In this document: positions 10,614 through 21,803 of the stretch, piece after piece
How positions within the stretch are numbered: the first letter of the stretch is position 1
Layout: every line of letters starts with the position of its first letter
Assembly (NCBI GenBank): GCA_040357565.1
Contig: JBDODJ010000070.1
From: Cercozoa sp. M6MM
Taxonomy: Eukaryota; Protista; Endomyxa: Ascetosporea
Length of the DNA stretch: 58,364 nucleotides
Direction: 5' to 3' (one strand)
Position numbers and translations under genes: made by a program
The notes under the pieces: model-generated
Databases searched by the model: none
Told to the model about the DNA's origin: nothing
Seen by the model: only the letters and a program-made list of their open reading frames with translations

Positions 10614-13600
10614 TCAGCTAAAATCAACAACCTCATTCGAGTCCGAGTGCTCCGACTCGGAATCAGTGAGCGCGATCGGCTCATCATGGACAGGCTTGTC
10701 GAAAAAGTGATCGTTGCTGTTGCTGTGCCAGTGTGAGCTTGAGTGCTCGGTCGTTGTGCCGGAGTCACTTTGATTGGTGGTGTTGTTTTCTGCCAATGTT
10801 CCGCGCGGACTAAGTGATGACCTGGGCGATTCTGACAGTGCCTCGGCGTCAGCGAGATCGAGTGGCGACGGTGAGATGCGTTCCACGTGCACGCACGGTG
10901 TCGGACTCACTTCGGGTGAACTGTAACTCAGCGAGTTCGACTCGAACTCCAGCAGCAACGGTGTCTGTGAAATCCAGGTTATTTAAAGGGGAGGCTTTAA
11001 GAAAAGAAGATAAAGACAGGAGTACAGCAGAGTCCTGACTGGTGTCAGTGCTCGTGAAGTGAGGCAACACGCGACGACAAAAGTCGAACTGTGGCGACCG
11101 AAATGGCGCCGCGTCGGCCTCGGCGCGTGTTCCGCGCACCAGTTGCGACACCCGCCTGCGAGTTCGCTTCGTGTACTCCCTGCGAAGGGAGGGGTTACGG
11201 GTAAGAAAGGTAGGGGTTAAGAAAGGTAGGGGTTAAGAAAGGTAGGGTTAAGAAAGGTGGGGGGGGGGGGTAAAGTACCGCATATCGCTTGAGACAGCGT
11301 CAAAGTCGAAAACACAACGCTGCAGTTCGCGCAGAGTCGTGTCATACACCAGCACAGTGTCATGCGCAGCAAAGACCCACCCTGTCCGCGCGGAGCCTCG
11401 CAGATCCAGTGCTACATGCATCCTAGTTTAGCCTCTATACGCCTATACCTATACCCTTTCCTTTACCCCCCTCCCCGTTACCCCTCCAGTTACTCTTGAA
11501 AAAAGAGACCACTGGGATTGGAGTCAAAATCGTGTGCAATGCAGACGCGTTTCTCCTCGACGTCCGCGAGGTCGGTGTTGCCGATGCCATAGCGCCACAG
11601 GTGCAGTGTGCCACGGTGCGACACGAAGGCTACCTGCAGGGGGGGGTAAAGAAACATACAAGTGTACTGGGTTCAAGGATAATGGGGCAAAGAGGGTAGG
11701 TAAAGGGGGTAGAGGATGGGATAAAGGGGTAGAGGTAGGGATGGGATAAGGGGGTAAAGGGGGGGGGGGGGTAAAGGGGGCTAAAGGGGGGTAAAGCACC
11801 TCTCGCTCGTCCACCAAGTCGACGGCACGGAGAGCAGCAAAAGCGGCCTGAGTCACGCCGCGGAACAGTCGCCGCTCCTTGCGCAGGTGCACACGTGACT
11901 CTCGACTGGGCGGCTGCGACCCAGGCGAGCCACGTGACTCACTTGGCACGTGCGACGACTCCAAGGTCAAGCGCCACACCGCCACGTGCTGGCCGTGCCG
12001 CGAGGCTGACAGGAGACACGTGCCGTCCGCGCTGAAGTCGAGAGCGCCGACGGGCGCCTTGTGCGCCGCCACCACGCACGCTGGGAGGTCTGCCCCCCTG
12101 GCACAGTCGGTGTGGAACAAGGCGATTCCGCAGCCGGCTTGAGTCGACGACTCTATCGGCTCTGTCAACTCTATCGGCTCCAGTGATTCGTCCTGATCCG
12201 ACAGGAAGGCCGCACGCAGCTGATCCACACCGTGCATGGTCAGATTGAAGGCTGCACTGGCCACGTCGGCCATTGTCGCCGTTTCTGTTGTTGTTTCTGC
12301 TGTTGTTGTTTCTGTTGCTGTCGCTGTTGTCTCGGGTGTCGGAACGGCCACTGCGAGGTACAGCGGCGACAGGGCTATCGGACCTACGGGAAGGAAGGTG
12401 TGTGTGGGGGGTGAAAGCGAGTATACTTGCCAATCGTAAAATAAAAAAAAAATAAAAAACAGGGGGGTGGGGGGTAGGGTAAGGGTAGGGGGGTAGGGTA
12501 AGGGTAGGGGGTAGGGTAAGGGTAGGGGGCTAGGGATATAAAGCAGATCCAACCTCTGCCAGCGCGCAACGACGCCAGTCGCTTCATTTTGCTTTCAATT
12601 TTGCCTTCTTGGTTCTGTGGAGAGATAAGGTGGGGAGGGGATAAGGAGGTAAGAGTTGCATAGATAGTTGGGGGGGGGGTAAACTGACCCGGCCAGACTC
12701 GAAACTGAAGAGACGCACGCGATCACGCGTTTTGACAGCCACGCGAATGCTGCGATTTCTGTCGGCCCTCCTGACGGCACACACCGCCTCGATCGCGCTC
12801 GAGCAGCGTCGCACCAGCTGCCACCCGTTCGCTGCCAAGAGAGGGGTAAAGAGAAGGACAAGAGGGGTAAGAGGGGTAAAGAGAGGGGTAAAGCCGTACT
12901 TTCCAGTGACCACACGGCGACTGAAGTGGCATCATACGGCCCCACGCAGAACAGAAAAGGCGCCGCAAACGCGACCTGCGAGAGCGACTCCTCGCGTGTC
13001 TCCACCTGTTTCCGGTGGGTTTAAGGGGTCACAAGTCATTGATTTAATTAAGGAAGCGATGAATGTTATAGCAGACAAAATGCAAAATACCAAAGAATGA
13101 GCTTTCGCGAGCATTGTGAGCGAGGAATCGCGCAAAACACCGATCACGTCGACTCGCCATCGTGCCGGTCGCTCTTGAGCACTAACGCGGATTAGTCGGT
13201 TCTCCCACCTGTTCCATTCCAGGCACGTATTCCAGGCACGTCAATCAAACAAAAGGCACATTTTTGGAGAAACGCCAAAAATACCAAAAAAGACGAACGA
13301 GCGAATAAAGATCGCGTGGCTGAACTGCCACGTGCCGAGCGATCTGCTCAGGCAGCAGACGTTCCGCCACGTCGCGCGACAGCGATGCTATCGCTGTGCA
13401 GGAGGGTTGAGGTACACAGGAAGAGTGTAGCAGGGTCTACCGGAGCTAATCTGCGACGCCACTGTGACAGGTGGCGAACGGCTTCGCGTGGACTCTTCCA
13501 TGCGGACGCGCCGTCAATTGTCACCAAAACGCACACTCGAACAAATCAACTACTCCGCCGTCCAAATGTATAACAATAACACCAAGCACAGGTGTGCGCA

Positions 13601-13645
13601 GATAAAGACGTGTGCAGAACTTGCAAAGCAATGCTGATGTCCATT
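10614..13645 (-). CDS. BCAS3/ATG18 (PROPPIN)-like WD40 beta-propeller protein
   Basis: VAAHKAPVGALDFSADGTCLLSASRHGQHVAVW...RLFRGVTQAAF (cf. AH..PI..L.F..SGTLL.TAS..G...LxRGxTxAxI). N-terminal CVLVTIDGASAWKSP resembles the BCAS3 first blade. Start approximate. Confidence 0.75.
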
Positions 13646-13733
13646 TTCAACCCCTTTAACAAAATAAGGAAAGGAGTGCAGGGCAGCATTCACTCAAAAC
13701 GCAGAGCACAGTGCGAGACAGTTTAGTAGTCAA

Positions 13734-15809
13734 ATGAGGTCAGTGAACCGTGCCTTCCGAAAAGCGATCGTCACTGATCCGTTACTTGTCTGTTGTGTTG
13801 AGCAGTCACTGTTTTCACGAAGGTTGGCTCACCAAGCTTGGCCAGCACCGTAAGACGTGGAAACGACGCCACTTTCGGCTGTACCGCGATGGGCGACTCA
13901 CCTACGGTAGCGTGGTCGTGTTCTGACACTGAGAATGTGTAACTGCATCATTCGAGCGGTCTAACTGACTCATTTTTTGACTGGCTCAACAAATAGGCAA
14001 GTCTGATGACGCGAGCGATGACGTGATTGGCGATATTTCGCTTCTGACTTGCCTATCTTTTGGCATCTCACTGACTGTCGAGGTTCTTCCTCTAGCTTTA
14101 CCCCTCTTTTTACCCAGGAGGTATTGTGTCTATGTGTTCCAGGGTACTCTCTCGGCGCGATCGCGACCCTTCTGCATCGACATTGTCACGCCAGATCGCA
14201 CGTACTGATGCCTAACTCTTTAGTTTTCTGGCAAACTGAAAGATCGTGCGGCATACTGCCATTGTTCTGTTGTTCAGCTGGGTTATCGACTGTGGAACGG
14301 AAGAGAACCGCGCCGAGTGGCTTCAAAAACTGCAGCACATTGCGTCCAAGTATATCCAAATCGAAGACAACAAACTGACACCGTTGCTCACCGGTATTTA
14401 TCGCTTTCATCCCTTCTTCTGTACCTTTTTACAGTTGCTCTGTACATTTACCCTTTTACTGTTTTAAACACCAGGTTACTTGGTAAAACGTGGGCGTGTC
14501 GTAAAAAACTGGCGACGTCGCTTTTGTGTTGTGTTCTCGGGGTACCTGGGTTCAGTTTTGTTTTGATATTTTTTGGAGAAACGACAGTAGCTTCTTCTGA
14601 TTTGATTGCAGCATGATCGCTTATTTTCCGTCGCAAGCTGCGGCACTGCGTTTCATGCGAATCGCGGGCCACTCAAAAGAGACGTTTTTGGCGGTTTTGA
14701 AGAAAGAGGTTTGCACCGCTTTCGATCAGTTTTCGTTTATTTAACACATGTATTTTTGTATTTTTGTGCCTTTGTAGTCCAGGGGTTTGATCCGCTTGTC
14801 GAAAGACTCGTTGGTCAAGGAGTGTCTACTGCCGGATGATAATGGTCCCCCGAGCCACCCCGGCAGTCCATTAAGGTATCAGTTTTGTGCGTGTCTATTT
14901 TGTTGATGAACTGAGAAATTATGCATGTGCACAGCATGTCGGAAAATGAAATGGAGAGTGGCGACGATGTCGATCAGAGCAGCAGTCTCAATGGCAGTTT
15001 TAACAGCAGCAACGGCGACAGCATGGTGCTCGACCGGCGCCGCAGTGTCATATTTCAGTCCGCCCGTAAGCTTTCTCAAGCCCTGTTGTTTGTTTGTTGT
15101 TTAGAGAAATACTGCTTTTTGCCGATAGCAATGCTAGCACCCATGGACGAGAAGCTTTCCGACAGTGCACAAGCGGTATTTGTCTGCATTCTTCTGCCCA
15201 GATTGCATCTTTTTTAATCTCACTTTTTTGGTGTTGTTCTGCAGCTGTTGGACGAGTTTCCGCAAGCGTCGGCTGAACGAGGTGAAGGCAGTGCCGGCGT
15301 GTATTCCTGCTGCTTTTGCATCGAATCGCCGACGCGAAACTTTTACTTGCGTGCGCCATCACCTTCAGGTGAACTCCCTTCCATGCTTTAAACGCTTTGT
15401 TAATCCTGTGGTTTCTCTTGGGCAGCCCGGGCTCAGTGGGTCAAAGTCTGCCGAAGTGTGGTATCGGGCGAGACGTCCAGTCTCACCACAAGCACTCTCG
15501 TCGCTCAGACTCAGGCTCTCAGCGAGGTCCAAACGCGCGAATCGAGTGACAGCGTGTACTGGAGTGTGCGAGAAACGCGCAAGATGGACAACCGAGTGCC
15601 ACAGAGATTGAATCGCACTGCCAGTCGCTGCAGCAGTCCCAAGCGGGCAGATTCTTCTTGTGGTACCCCATACCACCCCTCTGTGATAAGTCAACCCGTT
15701 GGATCGTTATCCTCTGTGTCTTGCAGTTTCGCTGCCGGATCGACCGCGCGCACTTACGACAATCGAGGCGAGCGCGATCCTAGCTGCACCTGAGCTGCCC
15801 GACTACTGA
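13734..15809 (+). CDS. Tandem PH-domain protein
   Basis: PH1: HEGWLTKLGQHRKTWKRRHFRL...FCIDIVTPDRT|WVIDCGTEENRAEWLQKL. PH2: GYLVKRGRVVKNWRRRFCVV. Ser-rich tail, stop at 15807-15809. Confidence 0.85.
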
Positions 15810-16491
15810 TCATGCCAGTGTTGGACTGGACTGCGCTCGATCACGGCAGATGATTTTTAGTTCATTTTATTTCCTTATGTTACTGCGGCTCAATGGCCCA
15901 ATCAGTAAGGGAAAGGAGAGACTAAATAAATCATTCAATTAGATAAGTCGTCACTCAGTTGAGTCGACGTTAGAACTGTAGGTGAAATACCCCTACTGGG
16001 TCTCGAAGTGATCCCACTGGATCCGACCGAAGGAAGACGTCCTTGGTCGTTTAATGCGTGTAGAAAGAAAAACTCCGCCTGTGAACACACGACGAAGTGG
16101 GTGGAATGGAAACCAGCCAATGAGCTAACTGACCAGGCTGAAGCCGTGACGGAGCTTTCTGCTTCTCTGCAAGGACTCTGTCCAAGCAAGATCTACAGCA
16201 ACAGCAATCCACTGAGTCAGTAGTTAGGTCTCAGAGCAAGGTACCAAGCCAAAACACTCTTAAACTTCTTCCTTTCTCAAACTTGTTGAGACATAGGCTA
16301 TGACCTCCACACGCGGACGGGTCAGAGCAATGATTACTGAAAATGTGCAGTAACACTTATATCTATGGGAACGTAGCACGCGCAGTATGCATATTGCGCT
16401 AACATCGGGCGGGAATAAAAGTGATGTCGCGTGCCTGTGTGTCGATCGACACGCACAGACTCGAACTCAAGGCACCCAGGGAAACGAAAAC

Positions 16492-18408
16492 TCAGATGCG
16501 GCCTTTAATGGTCCCTTCCACGGTCTAAACGAGACAGAAGGATAAAGAACATAAGCCAAAAAAGGTTGGGGAGGGGAGTACCTTGAAGCGGCCGATGAGC
16601 AGCTTGTACTTCTCGTCGAAGAGCGAGCTGCGGCTGGAGCAGGTGTCGTCACTGCAGTCTTCGTCGTCGGAGGCACAGGGCGTGACACACGCGATCTTAT
16701 GATGCGTCGACAGCACGTGCTTGCTGGCCCAGCTGTACAATGTGTGTAGCCCCAGTATCCATCCCTCACACCCCGGACACCCCCCGTAGACAGAACTGAT
16801 ACAGTGCATGGCTTGGCGACATGGCATCGGCGCGAGCGAGACGGAAGTGCTCGGAGGCCACCGAGACGTGCTCGGCGCACAACTGATGCTCCACGCGGTC
16901 CACGCAGTCGTAGGTGCCGTCCAGCGAATCCAAGACACTCGTGCCGCCGTCGACCGCCGTCTGGCCGTGCGTGGTCGACGTGCGTACCACAGAGAACAGA
17001 GCCGGGCGGAACAGACCAACCACCTTGGCGACCAGTCGACCCAGATCAATGCCACGCAAGTTGGTCTCAAACGACACGAACGAATGCGTCGGCTCTGGTG
17101 TCACGTGGACAGTCCAGTAGGCGTCCTGCTGCACCTCTTGCCTGTTGCTGTCAGCAACCAAGTCCGGACGAATCACCGCATTGCAAGAGTAGCCACACGG
17201 CTGGAAGGCAAACGCATCGACACTCCAAATTTCGGGCCGCGGGAACACCTGGCACAGCTTGCTGCACTCCGTGACCTCGTTGCCTGCTGCGCGATCGCAC
17301 TTGAGACTCGAAGCATCGCTGTAGCCACACAAGATAAACCCTGAGAAAAACGGACAAAAACCCACAAGCAGCGAAAGTTAGAGATACCGGTAAAAGAGAC
17401 GCATAACCTCAGGGTCGAGGTTGAACATCACGAGCTCCATTGTGCTGCTCAGGTGCCGCTTGAAACGCCGTGTGTCGGCCAGATAAAAGTGGTGTCGCGG
17501 CCCACCGATCGCTCCAAGCACCGATGCGCGTCCTGGCGCGAATACCGGCGACAACAATGAGTCCAGGAACGAGCGCTCACTTGTAAAGTTGCGATGTGGC
17601 CAGGTTTGTGCCTGCAGACGAAGAAACACGCATGGAATCACAGCCAGAGCCAGAGAGAGCCGATAAACAACAATGGTCAGTTTGAGAGCAAGGAGGTACC
17701 TGCGGGAACAAGAAGTGGCACCGCGAGAAGGACAGGCGCACAGCACGTGCACCCACCGAGGCAGCAGTTTGTAGCAGGAGAGACAAGGCTCGCAGCAAGC
17801 GTGTCGTGCCACAAGTTTTGATCACGATTCGGTTCGGCATCACAAAGAGCGAAGACTCACTGAGCTGCGTTAGTTGAAAAGTGCATACATAAGAAGTACA
17901 AGATCTAGAGAGAGAAGTCAGATAGGTGGCTACCAGGTAGGCGTGACAGAAATTGTTGACACCAACAACGGTGGAGAGGATCTCGCACTTGGCCACAGTG
18001 AGTACTAAAATGTGGTGGGGAATTAAAGGTTCAAGGGCAAAGCTCGAAGGTTAAGGATGCCAATAAAAGTTGCCGAAGGAACAGAAGGTACTTTGATCCC
18101 ACTGGGGACGTGTGATGGCACGCAGATCGCCGCCTTCGAACCACACCTCGAGTTTCTTCTCACTGCCCTCAAAGCCGCAGTCCTGCGCCAGCTGCAGAAC
18201 GTCCGGCAAGGGCGATTCGGCCAACGCAGGTGGCACCGGTGACATCGTTGCGCAGACATGCTTTAGTGCCGCTACGGAATTAGCGAAGTTGGCCGCCGAC
18301 TCTGTTCATAATCAAACACAGTCCCTCAGTTTGACCGGATCACTGACGTTCCAAAAACAACTTCAAAAACAACTTCAAAAACAACTTCAAAAACAACATA
18401 CCAGCCAT
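16492..18408 (-). CDS. AMD1: S-adenosylmethionine decarboxylase proenzyme (eukaryotic type)
   Basis: FEGSEKKLEVWF, AYL|LSESSLFV (pyruvoyl self-cleavage site), IKTCGTT, FQPCGYSCN, YWTVHVTPEPTHSFVSFETN. The in-frame ATG at 18408 (across intron 18302-18401) or the one at 18245 could be the start. Confidence 0.95.
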
Positions 18409-19070
18409 CGAATCCGCATAAACTGCCTCACCCGCGCCGCTTGCGTCCCTGATTGTTGCGCACAGCTGCGCAAAAACACGGAGATCGATCGACGAAACCC
18501 AGAGGAGCCAGACCACGAAATACTTGCACGGTAGGAAACTCACATCGCCACTGACACCCTTGACGCCAGTTTACGCGCTATGCGACTTTACACGTGTGCT
18601 GCACTCTCCAGGCTTTGCTCCGAAAGTCGCGCACATGCGTTTCGACTGCACGGAGTGCCGATTCCTTCGAAAAAAAATTAAGGGCTGGTCCCTGGCTCAG
18701 TCAGCAGTGGTCGACCACTGAAGATCGCCGCACGCGAGCATAGCCATCGTCCCAGGAGTTCCCGCAACGTGCTAGCGTGTGTGAGTGGCCGTGCAAGGCG
18801 TTGCTGTATAGGCTGGCAGGACGTGTTGTATTATTTCTCACGATTCAGCACACGGTCACAGTAGTTCTTGGGAGCGATAACGGACTTTGTCACAATCTCA
18901 AACGTCTTCTAAGGTACATGCTTTCGCTTGGCGCTCGTCGGATGTGGGCGTTTCTTTTGAGGCCTTGGTCTGCCTTCCGTTTATGATTTCGTGATCTGTG
19001 CTGTGTTTCGCCCGGTTGTCGTTGTAGTGATGTGGTCATCCTTCTGTATTGTGCAGTCAAAGAAATAGCC

Positions 19071-20645
19071 ATGGGTTTGTTTTCGCGCCTGCGACGCAAC
19101 AAGACTGCGCAAACCGATGTGTGTTCCAACGGGCCAGTCTCAGTGTGGTCGAGGGAGGTGGATGTACTGCACCTGCACAGGAAGAGCGACAGTCGGCGGC
19201 GATCGATGCGCAGCTGAACGAGGCGAATCTCGAGGAGCAGCTGCACTTTACGCTGCTGCTGCTGGGCGCTGGTGAGTCAGGCAAGTCGACGTTCGCCAAG
19301 CAGCTCAACCACATCCACAAGGGTGCTTTGACCCACCCTACGTCTTGTCCATGTTGTCCTTGACCTCCCTCCCCTTCCCTTGCAGGCAAGGAACAGCTGA
19401 ATGAGGAAGAGAGGGCCGAGTACAAGAAGGTGCTGGCCATGAACACAGTGCAGTCGATGAAGGCGCTCATCGACGGTCTTGATAAGTTCGACATTGCCGT
19501 CAACGAGGACTCCGAGGAGGCGCTGACTCGCATGCGTGAGGTATTTGCCCCCGTCTTACCCCCCCCCCATACCCCCTTATTCCCTTTGCCCAGCACGGCG
19601 ATCACGATCCGCTGGATCTGGATGACGCCGTCGCTGTCGAGAAACTCTGGGCAGACCCGTATGTCTACTTTTGTGTGTTGTGTTCACTCTTGTGTGTTCA
19701 CTCTTGTGTTGGACATAGTGGCATCCAGGAGGTGTTCAACAAGCACGTGTCGGAGATCTACTTCCCGGACAGCGGCGTCTACTACTTTGAGAACGTCTAC
19801 CGCTTCGTTGAGGAGCAGTTCGAACCGACCGAGGAGGACATCATCATGGCGCGTCGACGCACCGTTGGCATGCAGCGCAGCGACTTCCGCGTGCCGCCTG
19901 TCGACTGGTCGGTAGCTTGCCCCCCTTCTACCCCCTACCCCCCCCCCCTACCCCTCTCTCCAGGTGTGCGATGTGGGCGGCCAGCGCTGCGAGCGCAAGA
20001 AGTGGCGCATGTTCTTCGACAACGTGCAGGCCATCCTGTACGTGGTGAACCTGGCAGGCTACAATCGCGTACTGTTCGAGGACCAGTCAAAGAACCGCAT
20101 GATGGAGGCGCTGGACCTGTGGGACACCATGGTCAACGAGGCCGTCTTCCGCGACACACCAGTCTACTTGTTCCTCAACAAGAAGGACCTGTTCGACTCG
20201 CAGCTGCGCGAGACGCCGATCTCGGAGACCTTCCCGGACTACGACGGGCCCAATGACGTGCAGGACGCCATCGCCTTCATCTCGCAGCAGTTCCTGTCGC
20301 GCCTGCCCAAGGGCAAGAAGGCCGACGTGCACGTCATCTCGGCGCGCGTCAAGGGCGATGTGCGCTTCGCCTTTGGTGAGGTCAAGAAGTCCATCATGGA
20401 CGCGCACAAGAAGTCCATCACCAAGGTGCAAAAGAAACAAGCCAAACTCGCCGATGAGCGGTACCGCCTCGCTGTTTTACCCCTTGCTTTTGCCCTTCCT
20501 TTCTGACATGATTTGCTGACATCATTTGCCCGCATCATTTGCCCGCAGTGAACGTGACGACGGCGACGAAACCGAGGATGACACCACGGCTGGACAGCAG
20601 GAGCAGGATGCCGCCAAGTGCTTCCGCTTCGGCAGACGTCGCTAG
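19071..20645 (+). CDS. Heterotrimeric G-protein alpha subunit
   Basis: LLLGAGESGKST, switch I ARRRTVG, DVGGQRCERKKW, FLNKKDLF. Probable N-terminus MGGCTAP (myristoylation/palmitoylation-like) if the first intron ends at a GAG acceptor near 19157. Confidence 0.95.
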
Positions 20646-20942
20646 TCTCCGCTCGTGTCGGACGCCGATTTCACTTGTTTCCGCTTTTTTCTTGCTTTTT
20701 TAAATTCTATTGTTACTTCAACGAACCAGATATCAGGCCGTACCGCTGGCACTCGACTTGTAGTGTTTTGTTGGCCAAGCACCTAGTTCAAACGAAAAGG
20801 AAACGACGGATCCCAGAGTTTGACATGGCTACAGACTCGCGCCACAAAAGTAAGTCTCCCATACTGTACTAAATACAGGCACCAAGTGCTTTTGGGAGCG
20901 CAAAAAGTTAATTAATTGCCGTTAGTGGTATTTAGACGCGCG

Positions 20943-21321
20943 ATGGTACAATGATTGGATTTTGGTGACAAGTTGATTTCTTTTTTGTGGTGCAGCATCC
21001 CAGAATTCGTCAGCGCAACGCCGAGTTTGCCAAGAAGGCAAGATTTAACAAGATCTCGAAGGAGGTAGCACCACTGTATCTTATACGATGCGCAATGTAC
21101 GTTTCTGTCGTGCCATGTAGCGTGAGTCGAAGCTCAAGAAAGAACAGGAGATCAAGCAGGAGCAGAACTCATCCGTCTCGGCGGCCGCTTATTGTCTCAT
21201 TTTCGTGCTCGTCGGTGCTGGTGCGCAAGCTTTTTTTTTGTCTGTTTAAACTGTTTTTGACGTATGTTTGTCGTGCGAAACCGAAACAGGCCTCACTGAA
21301 TTGCTGTTCAAGTTCTTGTGA
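20943..21321 (+). CDS. RAMP4/SERP1 (Ysy6)-family tail-anchored ER protein
   Basis: Four small exons: M|HPRIRQRNAEFAKKARFNKISKE|RESKLKKEQEIKQEQNSSVSAAAYCLIFVLVGA|GLTELLFKFL*. Resembles RAMP4 (QRIRMANEKH...SVGPWLLALFIFVVCGS). Confidence 0.7.
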
Positions 21322-21552
21322 GCCGCCCGCACTGCAGTACTGTTGAATCCACTCCCTCCGTCTCGTCACCCTCGTCGACTGCGTTGGTCTTGCTTTGCGT
21401 CGCGACGTGTGTCGCGCTATACTAAACTCTGAGAGCTTCAATTGAATCGTGATCTCGAGCTAGTCTTGCTTACTGTTACCCGGCTCCGTCCGCCCAGGCA
21501 GCTCGAGCGCTTGGGTACGACAAGAGTTTGTGCGGTAGTCGAATATCTAGGG

Positions 21553-21649
21553 CGGTAGACACGGCCATGCTCTTGTGACCCACCCCAGACTGCGCTGGTG
21601 CAGGGGAACTAATTTACATAGTTGGTTTCCTAAAAGACTCAACTAACTA
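21553..21649 (+). mobile_element. Short dispersed repeat (possible SINE/LINE 3' end), copy 1
   Basis: Near-identical to 33296-33385; ends in a hairpin (AGTTG...CAACT) followed by TAAC repeats. Confidence 0.6.
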
Positions 21650-21803
21650 GTCGAATAACTTGCTGTACCTGCGTACGTACCAGTGACATTTATGTTACAG
21701 TTAAATGGCAGTGCACGGCTGGACTAAAACGCCCAGTTCACCGCTGCACTCCGCTCGCGTCGTGTCTCGTCTGGTTTCACTTGCTCTCTATTCCAGTTCA
21801 CCA

